Below, piece after piece: positions 51,672-64,000 of a DNA stretch of 64,000 bases. The translations under genes and the position numbers were made by a program. The stretch comes from Octopus sinensis (lineage: Eukaryota), in assembly GCF_006345805.1 (NCBI RefSeq), contig NC_043000.1:134540001-134604000 (forward strand), written 5' to 3'. The notes below the pieces were generated by a model that saw only the letters and a list, made by a program, of their open reading frames with translations, ran no database searches and was not told the DNA's origin. How positions within the stretch are numbered: position 1 is the stretch's first letter; each line of letters begins with the position of its first letter.

Positions 51672-52636
51672 ACGGATTATTTCACCGGTGATTTTATATA
51701 TTAGGTTGTCAGATAAATTCATTCTTTTTTTTTAAATATCTATTCTTTAAATCCTTTCCAATGTTTTTTTAATTAATACGAAAAATATTTTATCGTAGAT
51801 GTTTGCTGTAGCTCTTTCATTCCTCTATAACTTTATTTAGCGTTTTTGAGATTAGAATGCATTTTACCTCTTTTCAGACATATGACGAAGGAGTGCCAAG
51901 AAGAAAAAGAAAATAAAAAGCGAACGAATTTATCTGACAAGCCAATATCTTCTATCCCAGGTGCAGACCATCATTCTCTCTCTCTCTCTCTCTGCCCAAA
52001 TCGTTGGCACATCTATTTTAAAGTCTTCTGAACTTTTTTTTAATAATCACTTTCTTCGAGATTTCCCAGTTAATCTGTAAATAAGTGCAAATGTTGTCTC
52101 TTCCCGTACACCAACAAGAAATTCACTAACTTATCTACGTTTGCTCTTAAACCACTCACCTGCTTGATAAATACACTTTCATCCTGAACAAGGAATTTGT
52201 TCTTTATCTTTCCAGTTCTAGTTACTTATTTTTATTTATTTTTCTTCTTAATACTATTTTTACACAAATTCAACTCGTCTAGTCTTGTTCATTTTTAATT
52301 TCTTAAATATAGCTAGTTTTACACTCGGATACTAGAAAAACGACTCTGCTTAATTAACAATTCTATTGTCTAGTAATGTGACGGGACGTGGGTGGTCTAG
52401 TGGTTAGCGTATTCGGTTCATAACCTTAAGGTCGTGAGTTCAATTCCTGAACAGGCGAAGAGAGAGGCAGATGGTTTGCTGTCGTTCATTGATGAGTATT
52501 CAGTTCTTCGATGAACTAAATTACCTCATTCTGAATTAACGACTATTTCAAAGACACTTGTACTCTTAACGTAATTCTCAAACAGCATGTGTGCCAAGAC
52601 TCTACTTTTGAAGTAAAGGTATAGTACATCTGGAAA

Positions 52637-53055
52637 GGCGGCGAGCTGGCAGAAACGCTAGCACGCCGGACGAAATGCTTAGCAGTATTTCGTCTGCCGC
52701 TACGTTCTGAGTTCAAATTCCGCCGAGGTCGACTTTGCCTTTCATCCTTTCGGGGTCGATTAAATAAGTACCAGTTACGCACTGGGGTCGATATAATCGA
52801 CTTAATCCCTTTGTCTGTCCTTGTTTGTCCCCTCTGTGTTTAGCCCCTTGTGGGTAGTAAAGAAATAGGTATTTCGCCTGCCGCTACGTTCTGAGTTAAA
52901 ATTCCGCCGAGGTCGACTTTGCCTTTCATCCTTTCGGGGTCGATTAAATAAGTACCAGCTACGCGCTGGAGTCGGTATAATCGACTTAATCCGTTTGTCC
53001 GTCCTTATTTGACCTCTCCGTGTTTAGCCCCTTGTGGGTAGTAAAGAAATAGGTA
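52637..53055 (+). mobile_element. SINE family B with a tandem 3' duplication
   Basis: Body repeated at ~52869-53053. Confidence 0.85.
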
Positions 53056-55911
53056 TGGTACATCTGCCAACACGTTTCACTTCCAAGGTAAAGCTCAACC
53101 CGATGCTATAGAAAATGACATTTATCCAAGACTGAACTTGGAATCTCGTTGCTGCGAAGTGAACTTCTTAAACATTTATCCATACTGCACGTACGTACGT
53201 ACACACACACACATAATTTACTTTATCAACCACAGAAGAACTCCTCAGCAGAAGCAACATGACGGATGTACATTTTAGGCTGAAGAATTAATTGAGCAAT
53301 GATCAGCGCTGAAACTGACAAGATGATAGATCACTATCACCAAGTTCCAAAATTGAACTACTGTTAACATCTGTAAAGCTGGTGACCATGTGTAATTAAA
53401 CTATTTAATATGACTGATCTGAAATATATAAGTGCAAAGATAAGTACGAAAAGTACAACACAAAGGAAAATAAACCCAGAGTCAATATTAGTTTGGCACT
53501 CAGAAAATCTTTTCTACTCTAGGCACAAGGCCCGAAATTTTTGGAGGAGGGGGCCAGTCGATTAGATCGACACCAGTATGCAACTGGTACTTAATTTATC
53601 GACCCCGAAAGGATGAAAGGCAAAGCCGACCTCGGCAGAATTTCAGAAATGGAAAGACGTGATTAATCTTTTCTTTGGCACTCAGAAAATGGTGGGGGGA
53701 AAAGGAAATGCCTTTAACATTTCGATTACACACTCTTCTTCTAAAAAATAGGATAGAGATGGAGAGAAAAGATTGGAAAAGGAAATCTGAAGGGCTTTTC
53801 CATAGACATTTTATTTTTGTGAAAGCAAATATACTTTGATTTTCATAAAATATTTTGAGAGCAATTCAATAGGTAGAGGAGGTAAGATTTGTGAAAGTGT
53901 CCACCCAAAGTAAGTGCAAATGTTGTCTCTTCCCATACACCAGCAAGAAATTTACTATCTTATCCACGTCTGCTCTTAAACCACTCACCTGCTATAAGTA
54001 ACTAAAATTATTGAGAATTTAAAACAAACGTCGAGTACGACGTATAGTTAACAAAGGTTTCAACACAACGTAAATGATAGTTATGATCTTTTCCTTTTGA
54101 TATTTAAGAGATATGGCTGTTCTTTCTAGCACATGCCAACACGACCTTCCTCGTTTGTTTATCAATATCGATAACGCAGCAAATGATTTCAGCTCAAAAG
54201 AGAGCATACGATTGGTTAAAATTCGAAAAATTAAACTACGTTAAACAAACGAATTACAAATTTATCAAAAAAGCCAAGTGAAAATAATGTTTTCTTTTGA
54301 CACATTCTACCAGTATACGAAGTTTCAAACTGTTTAGTTAACTAGATATTGTGTTGAATTCTGTCTAGCAAAAGGAAAAGATCCTGATGTCTATGTACCA
54401 TATAAGAATATCGCAATAATGCATAACCGATTCGTCATTTATTGTATCGTTTATTTCGGGACTAACCATGAAAGATACAGCATTTTGTAACCAATAAAAA
54501 GTGCTAACCCAGAAAGTCTTTGTAAAAGGTTTCCATAATGCCGTTGTCTCCTTTTTCGAGAGTAGAGTGGAATGGAACAATTTAGAGCGATTTGGTATGT
54601 GATAAAGTAACTTGCCGACCGTTTTGAGGCAGTTGAAGTAGGAAGTGGAAAATGCAACTAACTGTACATTTTCCCACATTTACTGCAAACTGCCGGCAAG
54701 TTGCTTACCACTCGCATATCCTGAATCACTCAAAAATTGCCATTCACTATTCTTCTGTGAATAGCAAATTGGGAATAATGGCCAGTAGAGATCCATTAGC
54801 GAGAATTCCTTTTAATAGCTTTGAAACATATAGCGTTATATAAATTTCAGGAAACAAAAACAAACCACAACGCAAACGCATTTGTTTGCTGGAAAACGCT
54901 TAAATGAGTTAATAAAGAACAATTGAAAGTTGCATGGCAGAAGAGCTAGAAATCATGGTTGGAGCAAACGCGATTATACAAATTAGTTTAGCGCAGCATA
55001 TTCGTAATTGCAAGTTTAGTATTATTCCCTTATTTAAAAGCTGAACATATTGATTACTTATAATCGAGACAATGCTATAATATTTAGGGGGAAGGCATTC
55101 AATTCAATGTGAATCCCTTTCTGTATATATTATTTGTACATATTTTATCGATTTCAGAAGGGTGAGAAGTTAAGTAAACCCCAACAGAATTTGAACATTT
55201 GAACACAACACTTTACCAGCTATATTGTGCCAGTTACAATCCTCCAAAAATATTTAGATTACTTAAAAATTCTAAGGTCTAAAATAAATTAGGGAGCTTA
55301 ACTAAAAAATATTTTTTCTGTGAACTTTTTCATAGTAGCAAATAGTAATTCCAGCAATAACAGTTTGTTTAGTTTAATAACTGATAAGTTCTAAGTTCAT
55401 ATCTGCGCCAGTATTTCGATTTTTTTTTTTTCTGAACGTAATTTTTAAACCAATGAATAGTACATACACTAATACTAAGAAGCAACAATAACAATATTTA
55501 CATTAAGCCTTTAATATAAGAAACAAGGCGGCAAGCTGTCAGAATCGTTAGCATGCCGGATAAAATGCTTAGCTGCAGTTCATCCGTCTTTATGTTTTGA
55601 GTTCAAATTCCGCCGAGGTCGACTTTGTCTTCGATCCCTTTCGGAGTCGATAAAATAAGTACCAGTTGAACTGGGCGTTGATGTAATCGACTTAATCCCC
55701 ACCCGAAATTGCTGACTTGTGCGAAAATCTGAAACCAAGACTTTTATTAAACATTTAATATAAGGCGCAGAACCATGTTGCTTGCTTCCCAGCCACATGG
55801 TTCTGGGTTAAGTCCCACTGCGTGATACTTTGGACACGTATTCTCTACTATAGCCTGGGGCCGACGAAAGCATTGTGAGTGGATTTGGTTGACGGAAACT
55901 TTTTAGATATT

Positions 55912-56990
55912 CCGAGGCGGCCTGGATCACCATTTCTAGGCCCTGTCCTTGCCAATTTCTCGTCGGCGCTCTTTTTGCCTGGAGGACTACAATCTGGTCC
56001 TCCACACCAAGTAGGATGGTGGCTATGAGCCAAGCAACATACACCTCAGGAGGGATCTCATCTACCCTTGAGAAGAAGGCAATTTGCTTTAATATGGCCC
56101 TTCTTTCTGCAGTGGTAGCATGTGGGAGGTATTCCCTCCACTACCACACGCTGCTTCACATCCTCTGGCAACTGTATTTCTTCAGTTATCTCTTGTAAGT
56201 CTAGTGTGGTGGCCTGGTTTATGACTTCTAGGCCATATCCCCATCAATTCAGCTGTTTAGTGCGGCTTACCTGCAGCACATGAAGGTCATCTTTCCTGTC
56301 TATTAGGATAGCTGCTAGTAGCCACACCTCGTTGATCTCTGTGGGTACCTTGCCAATCCTCACTCTCGCTACTCGTTTCCCGGGATAAGTTAGCAGGAGT
56401 GCCCATTTTCCTGTTTTCAAGGTTACAGTGGAGTGCTTTGCTGCCTCCTCCACAGTCGGAAAGCGGACCTCCACTGTACCAAACTTCCTTCCTCCACAGT
56501 AGAATTCGATGTTACTTATCTCTTTCAAGAATTCTTCCAAATCTTCCTCTTTCGCCATTTCTATTTTCTTATTCGCCAGTAAAAGGGTTCTGTAGACCAC
56601 TGTTTTTTTCGGTTTTTGCTTCTTGTTATCTCTTCCCGCGGCATCAATTTCAACCTTGACTCTTCTCTTTGTAACAATCTTTTACTGTTCTTCACTATCT
56701 CGAAGTCCACAGGTACCTCCCTGACTTCCTGCTGTCTCACAGTCGCAGCAATATTATCACGGCCTGCTACTGAAGCGTAGCTCCCGGCACGCGCTTGCAA
56801 TTCCTCCATGCTCACTGTAATTTTCGCCCCCACTGGGGGAGAAAACACAACAAGTTAAACAATTATCAACAAGAGATAACCCCGCTAGGGAGGACCTTAA
56901 ACCAAGGATAACCTATCCGCAACGATACGAAAACAATACAATCTCTTCGAAAAGATGATTGGAACAACGGTGAAAAAGTATGAATGTTAA
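55912..56990 (-). mobile_element. Non-LTR retrotransposon 5' portion: 5'UTR plus disrupted gag-like ORF1 (RRM-like region and CCHC knuckle); no ORF2
   Basis: ATG at 56809, one frameshift near 56600, in-frame TGA at 56244-46; CYHCRKKGHIKANC at 56120-56079. Confidence 0.8.
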
Positions 56991-57237
56991 TTTATAGTGG
57001 ATGAGTCCAGCAGTACACCACCAAACAGTCACCATAAGCTTCTTTTTGAAGAGCTCGGGTTTAGGGAAGGTTTTCGATGCTGCATTTGGGCAAGTCTACG
57101 TCTGTATTATCAGACAATTTCAATATATGTTTTAAAAAATTCAAAACTCTGCAAAAATCTGATACAAATTCTCCGTGGTTCAAAACGTTGCTTACTTTTT
57201 ACTCAACCTCACACACACACACACGCACACACACACA

Positions 57238-57312
<75 letters not shown>

Positions 57313-57640
57313 GCATTTATGCGGATAAACAAATTAGATATATTAAATATAACCCTCTATATCTGCTGAATTTGATCCTTTGTATAGCCATTGATCTCTT
57401 GTAAAGCAGGCGCGGTTCCAGGAATTTTTCAAAGGGAGGGCACAAGGTCAGAAGGGAATACAATTCCAGGAGAGAAAGGCGTAATAACATTATTTAGAAG
57501 GGCGCACTTATTTTCTTGAAGGGGGCACGTGACCCTCAGTCCCCCTCCCTAGTTCTGCCCCTGTAAAAACACCGGAGTCTCTCTTTGAATCACTTGAGCA
57601 TTGTCTTCTATACTAAGAATCATTGGATCTCATCTTTGGA

Positions 57641-57674
<34 letters not shown>

Positions 57675-58394
57675 CATATATAAGTATGTTGATGCAAACA
57701 GGGAAAATAGAACTCAAAAATATGAGTATATGTATATTTTTATTAGTATTTAGCAGAATCAAGGGTGACTCAGGATCCGAGAGTCTCGTGCGTTGGCGCT
57801 AAATATTAATTTTAATGTGTGTATGTGTGTGCGCGCGCGCGTTTGTTTCACCACCACCGCTTGACAACCGGTGTTGGTGAGTTTACATCCTCGTAACTAA
57901 GTTCGACAAAAAAAAGTACTGGTGTCAATTCATTCTTCAAGGCGGTGCTCCAGCATGGCTGCAGTCTAATGACTGAAACAAGTAAAAGAAATATATATAT
58001 ATATATATAAAGATGAGAAACAAGAGGGGGCGAGCTAGTGGAATTGTTAACACACACCGAGTAAAATGCTTAGCGGCATTTCGTCCGTCTTTACGTTCTG
58101 AGTTCAAATTCCGCCGAGGTCGACTTTGCTTTGCATCCCTTTCCAAATCGATAACATAAGTATCAGTTGAGGATTGGTGTCAATGTAATCGACCTACCCC
58201 CTTGCCCGAAGTTGCTGGCCTTGTACCAAAATCTGAGACCAATATCTGGAACACACACACGTACACACACAGTGTGATAGAATTCAGGGAAACACATAAT
58301 TTTCTGTGTTCTGACTTCAAATCCTGTTGAATTCAAGTTTGTCTTTCGTCCTTCCAGGGTCGATAATAGAATATATACTTGTTGAGCTTGTGAA

Positions 58395-58628
58395 GGCGGC
58401 GAGCTGGCAGAAACGTTAGCACGCCGGGCGAAATGCGTAGCCGTATTTCGTCTGCCGTTACGTTCTGAGTTCAAATTCCGCCGAGGTCGACTTTGCCTTT
58501 CATCTTTTCGGGGTCGATAAATTAAGTACCAGTTACGCACTGGGGTCGATGTAATCCACTTAATCCCTTTGTCTGTCCTTGTTTGTCCCCTCTATGTTTA
58601 GCCCCTCGTGGGTAATAAAGAAACAGGT
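58395..58628 (+). mobile_element. SINE family B, young copy
   Basis: CpGs retained; near-identical to 2465-2690. Confidence 0.85.
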
Positions 58629-59347
58629 ATCATGTTGACCTTGTGTCTTAATTAGAAACAATTATTTGAAAAGGAACGCTTAAGATCACCTTGATAATTA
58701 AATCATGAACTTACTTTTTATTAATTCAGTAAAAGAAATTAGATTGTAGATATTCGTGCTATATAATTTGACAGTTACCATGGAAATTATATTTTATGAC
58801 GATAATATTAATTATTTCAATAAATCTATTTATATCTATCAAGGAGGAAATTCTTATTCAGTGGCAATATTCACATTTCTAAAAGTACTTGCGCACCCCA
58901 AATAAATTTGCATAATTTATTCTATCTTAATTCTCTTTTATCGGCAAATTGTAGAACTGTCGTTTGTTTTAAAGTTTTAGAGCTTTTGCCGTATTATTAT
59001 AGTTTATTCTATCGATGAATAAATCAAATTAATTTTTTTTATTGCCTATTGCTCAAAGAATTTTTTTATACAATCATAAACGACAATCAAACGTTATTTA
59101 ATTTTCTAGTGCAAAGAAGAAAAAAAAACTTTTAACGAACTAAATCAATATCCATACTAAAAGCTTAGCACAATCATTTAAATAGATGTTGTTATCGTCA
59201 ATTTCATAACAATGGTATTCTTTTTTTAATATATTAGAGCACAATTATTTCATGGATCCAATATTAACCACAAGCTTAACCTTTAACCCTGGAAATTAAA
59301 AACAGACGCACTTTTATTTATTCGTCCATAAATTAAAATGAATTATG

Positions 59348-59720
59348 TGGAGGCACAATGGCCCAGTGGTTAGGGCAGCGGACTCGCGGTCATAGGATCG
59401 CGGTTTCGATTGTAAGTGTTTATTGAGCGAAAACACCTAAAAAGCTCCACGAGGCTCCGGCAGGGGATGGTGGTGATCCCTGCTGTACTCTTTCACCACA
59501 ACTTTCTCTCACTCTTACTTCCTGTTTCTGTTGTACCTGTATTTCAAGGGGCCGGCCTTGTCACTCTCTGTGTCACGCTGAATATCCCCGAGAACTACGT
59601 TAAGAGTGCACGTATCTGTGGAGTGCTCAGCCACTTACACGTTAATTTCACGAGCAGGCTGTTCCGTTGATTCGGATCAACCGGAACCCTCATCGTCGTA
59701 ACCGACGGAGTGCTTCCACA
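59348..59720 (+). mobile_element. tRNA-derived SINE family C
   Basis: GGAGGC.CAATGGCCCAGTGGTTAGGGCAGCGGACTC head; relatives at 25552-25850(+), 32270-32540(-), 50300-50500(-), 60050-60330(-). Confidence 0.8.
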
Positions 59721-61011
59721 AAATGAATTATATGAATGTATTGGAACTTAGCTCTATGGAACAGGCAGCTTCAAGAGAAATCTTCATATGATAAAATAGT
59801 CTATGTGTATAAGTGTACCCTGCCCTTGTTCCTGCATTAATTATTTTCTTCCATTCTTTCTTTCCAGAGTCAATTCCACTGCCCTCCACCATTACATTTC
59901 TTGCATACGTCGACTTGCATCAATCTCACTAGCTTCAGAAGGCTGGTCTAGCTTCTGGGTACAAACTGTTCCTCTTGAACGAACCATTAAAAATTAAAGT
60001 GGGGGAAAAAAAAAAGCCCACTACCCCCATACTTTTTCACCACTGGTTCAATGGTTCCGAATGTTTGTTCCTTCTCGAGCCATGCCTGGCTCATAAGGGC
60101 CGGTTTCCTGGTTTCCTTGGCGTATAGGTTCCCCACCAGGACAGGACGCCGGTCCGTCGCAGGAGGAAAGAGTGAGAGAAAGTTGTGGCGAAAGAGTCAG
60201 CAGAAGTTCGCCATTACCTTCTGCCAGAGCCGCTAATAAAACACACACATCGCCCGGTCTGAGATTCGAATCCGCGACCACTCGACCGCCACTCCGCTGC
60301 TCTAACCACTAAGCCATGTGCCTCCACTTTTTGTCCGACATTAACTTGTAATTAGATTTTACAGAAGACATTTTGAGGTTCACCTTTTTGCAACCACATG
60401 GTTTCAGATTCACTCCCACGGCGCTGCACGTTGGGTAAGCGATTCCTACTAAAGCCCCGGGCCCACTAATATCTTGTGAGTGGATGTGGTACATGGAAAC
60501 CGTGTGGAAGCCCATCATATATACATGTGTATGTCTTTCGAGTCTTTGTTCCCACTACCACCACTGCTTAACAACTGTATACGCCTCTATGACTTAGCAG
60601 TTTCGCAAAAGACACCGCTAGAATATGTACAAGACTTAAAAAGACAAAAAAAAAACGTATTGGGATTGATTTGTTCAGCTAAAACCTTTCAAAGCGTTCC
60701 TCAGCATGGCCGTAGTCCAACGACTGCAACAAATAAAAGAAGATTGCAACCGAAAAATTTCGATCGCTAACTACGCGCCAATCTTACCAAGATAAGCTTA
60801 GCTTTCGTTATGGTGCTGATGAATAAGGTATCGGTAAAGGACTGGAGTAGATCTATTCCACCAAAACACTTCAAGGCAGTGCTCTAGCATAAGTTACAGT
60901 CCAATAACTGAAGCAAGTTAACAGAAAAAGATTATTTAAGAAATTATAAGGAAACAAATTAAGTTGGGATGTTATAGCTACGCCATCTTTAATGCATTTA
61001 GTGGGTTCACA

Positions 61012-61530
61012 TTTCAAAGTTAGGCTCCGTTTTGCCTAAAGACACCCGAGAATAGGCGCTGAGAAATAAAACTGAAATGCTTTGATCCTATTTAATTCTA
61101 TTGTAATTCTATTATACATTAAAAACAAAACTAATTCTATAGAAAACGAAGGAAGTTTCCCATAGCTTAAAAAAAAAACCTGGGCTGTTTTACGGGAAAG
61201 CCTATTTAGAAATAGCTTTTCACTTAGCGTAATATATTGTTATGTAAAGAGTGAGAGATAATAGGTGAATCTATTAGTATGTTGATTTGCAATAAATAAT
61301 TGGTGGTGCATAACAATATCTTTTAAGATATAACGTAAAAACTAAAAGAAAATGAAACGTTGACGGAGAAAAATACCTGCGGTATAATAGTGTCAAAATA
61401 GGAAATATTTTCATTTTCAAAGTTAGGCTCCGTTTTGCCTAAAGACACCCGAGAATAGGCGCTGAGAAATGAAACTGAAATGCTTTGATCCTATTTAATT
61501 CTATTGTAATTCTATGATACATTAAAAACA
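61012..61530 (+). repeat. Pair of ~116-bp direct repeats (61012-61127, 61415-61530)
   Basis: Two mismatches between copies. Confidence 0.9.
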
Positions 61531-62175
61531 GGAGTGGCTGTGTGGTAAGTAGCTTGTTTACCAACCACATGGTTCCGGGTTCAGTCCCACTGCGTGCAAC
61601 CTTGGGCAAGTGTCTTCTACTATAGCCTCGGGCCGACCAAAGCCTTGTGAGTGGATTTGGTAGACGGAAACTGAAAGAAGCCCGTCGTATATATATGTGT
61701 GTGTGTGTTTGTGTTTGTCCCCCTAGAATTGCTTGACAACCGATGCTGGTGTGTTTATGTCCCCGTTACCTATGATACATTAAAAACAGGAGTAGCTGTG
61801 TGGTAAGTAGCTTGTTTACCAACCACATGGTTCCGGGTTCAGTCCCACTGCGTGGCACCTTGGGCAAGTGTCTTCTACTATAGGCTCGGGCCGACCAAAG
61901 CCTTGTGAGTGGATTTGGTAGACGGAAACTGAAAGAAACCCGTCGTATATATGTATGCGTGTGTGTGTGTGTGTTTGTGTTTGTCCCCCTAGAATTGCTT
62001 GACAACCGATGCTGGTGTGTTTATGTCCCCGTTACCTAGCGGTTCGGCAAAAGAGAACCGATAGAATAAGTACTGGGCTTACAAAAGAATAAGTCCCGGG
62101 GTCGAGTTGCTCGATTAAAGGCGTTGCTCCAGCATGGCCGCAGTCAAATGACTGAAACAAGTAAAAGAGTAAAGA
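61529..62175 (+). mobile_element. SINE family A with a tandem partial duplication
   Basis: Two heads, each preceded by CTATGATACATTAAAAA. Confidence 0.9.
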
Positions 62176-62901
62176 GAATTATAATGTACATCAGTGAGTT
62201 TGATTATGAGCTCTTCTGTAGTTTTTCTTCTTTTTTTCTCAATATAATGAGCCTAAGAAACACTAGGTTACAAATATCGGACAAAGGACTCTCAATATCG
62301 ATGCAAAATTCAATAATTATATTCAAGCGAAATGCTAGTTGAATGTGACTTCGAAGTCTCGCCATTAGCAACATGTCAGTGTGTGTGTGTACAATCTTTT
62401 ATTTGTTTCATTCATTACACTGGGGCCATGCTAGGGTACTGCTTTGAAGGGCTTCAGTCGAACAAATTGATCCCAGTATTTTATTGATACTTTATTAATC
62501 GACACCATAAACTTTTTTTAAAGTTTGGTATTTATCTCTCTCTTTTGATGTACTGATAAATTACAATACCTATTTCTTTATTACCCACAAGGGGCTAAAC
62601 ATAGAAGGGACAAACAAGGACAGACATAGGTATTAAGTCGATTACATCGGCCCCAGTGCGTAACTGGTATATAATTTATCGACCCCGAAAGGATGAAAGG
62701 CAAAGTCGACCTCGGCGGAATTTGAACTCAGAACGTAACGCAGACGAAATACCGCTAAGCAAAAATTACAATACCGGTCGTGTGTGTATATATATAATTC
62801 TTTTATTTTTTTTACTTGTTTCAGTCATTTGACTGCGGCCATGCTGAGCAGCGCCTTAAAAATCGTTTTTAGCCGAAGAAATCGACTCCAGGATTCATTC
62901 T

Positions 62902-63789
62902 GGATCTTTTCAATTCTGAAGCCAGGACCACAGATCTTTCTACTTAACTAAATATTCTGAAACTTCGTATGCTGATAGAGTCTAGCAAAACAAGACACAG
63001 GTTGGAACTAGTTTATTTGAGAAAAATCTATTTTATGACTTTAATCGTAGATTAAAACTGCGAATTTTAACCAATCAGATTGTTTGTTTTCATGTGTAAA
63101 ACTTGACTGCATTCTATTAGTGTGACGTAGAAAGCGCTTTTGTGACGTACTAACGTTCGGAAAACTGTAAACAAACACAGAACGTAACGGCAGACGAAAT
63201 ACGGCTACGCATTTCGCCCGGCGTGCTAACGTTTCTGCCAGCTCTTTGCTTTTTTAATATTAAATTTCTTGCCTTTTGCACAAATAAATACAATAAGTGA
63301 AATGAAACGCATTAGCTTAGAAACGAAATCTTGTTAGAAGCCTCGTCACTGAGATGCCACTTCTTAATAGCAAACGAAAGCAAGTACTAACAGAATGGAA
63401 ACATTTTCAATTTAATACATGTGGCTTATTAACTAGTTTTAAATATTGTTATTAGAATGTGGCTGACTATAGGATCCTGGAAACATGAGTACGTTAAATA
63501 ATTAGAAGGAGATTTCACGGAGACATGCGGCTTGTTTACATTTAAGATGTTTAATACGTCACCAAATTGGTGGTCGAGACGGAGTAAATAAAATAAAGCC
63601 GAATGACGGAATATCATTGGTTAAAATTCTAATTATTAAACAACGTTAAACTTAGAAGTTACAATTCCGTTTTCATTCTGGTTTACAATTAAGTTTACTT
63701 TTGACACATTCTACCAGTATACGAAGTTTCAAATTGTTTGGTTCAGTAGGAAAAATTTGAAAAAACTGGCTTCAGAATTGAAAAGATCC
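62902..63789. mobile_element. Non-autonomous DNA transposon with GG-terminal TIRs, inserted in a SINE
   Basis: GGATCTTTTCAATTCTGAAGCCAG / CTGGCTTCAGAATTGAAAAGATCC; 8-bp TSD with one mismatch (TTCATTCT/TTTATTCT). A partial relative lies at ~54200-54385. Confidence 0.75.
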
Positions 63790-64000
63790 TTTATTCTTTG
63801 TAAGCTTATTACTTACCCTATCGTTTCTTTCGCCGAACCGCTAAGTTACGGCGATGTAAACACACCAACATTGGTTATCAAGCGACAAACACAAAGACAT
63901 ACACACATATACGACGGGCTTCTTTCAGTTTCCGTCTACCAAATCCACTCACAAGGCTTTGGTCGGCCCGAGGCTAAAGTAGAAGACACTTGCCCAAGGT

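Noticed and set aside
52385-52450. tRNA-like sequence with A/B boxes
   Set aside because: No cloverleaf; degenerate SINE head

Overview
Eukaryotic genomic DNA: AT-rich, dense in microsatellites and dominated by repeats. The tRNA-derived SINE repertoire strongly suggests an octopus (inference, no database search). No long ORF and no CRISPR array is present; nearly all ORFs in the track are microsatellite or SINE artefacts. About 1-44 kb is CpG-depleted and A-rich on the + strand, consistent with the introns of a minus-strand gene. Its putative first exon is near 44.1-44.3 kb, and a chain of small, phase-compatible candidate exons runs down to ~2 kb; I could not identify the product. About 44.7-64 kb is richer in CpG and looks intergenic. 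The main results are: (1) several unrelated Penelope-like non-autonomous elements carrying type I hammerhead-ribozyme motifs, mostly inside inverted-repeat (fold-back) structures, including one with a tRNA-like Pol III head and a 13-bp TSD; (2) a TSD-flanked tRNA-Pro retrocopy fused to a short LINE-like tail; (3) three different GG-terminal MITEs with 8-bp TSDs (Merlin-like); (4) a decayed RTE LINE with its RT core inverted; (5) a LINE ORF1 copy that keeps its 5' end but has lost ORF2. Coordinates were counted by hand and repeat boundaries are approximate.
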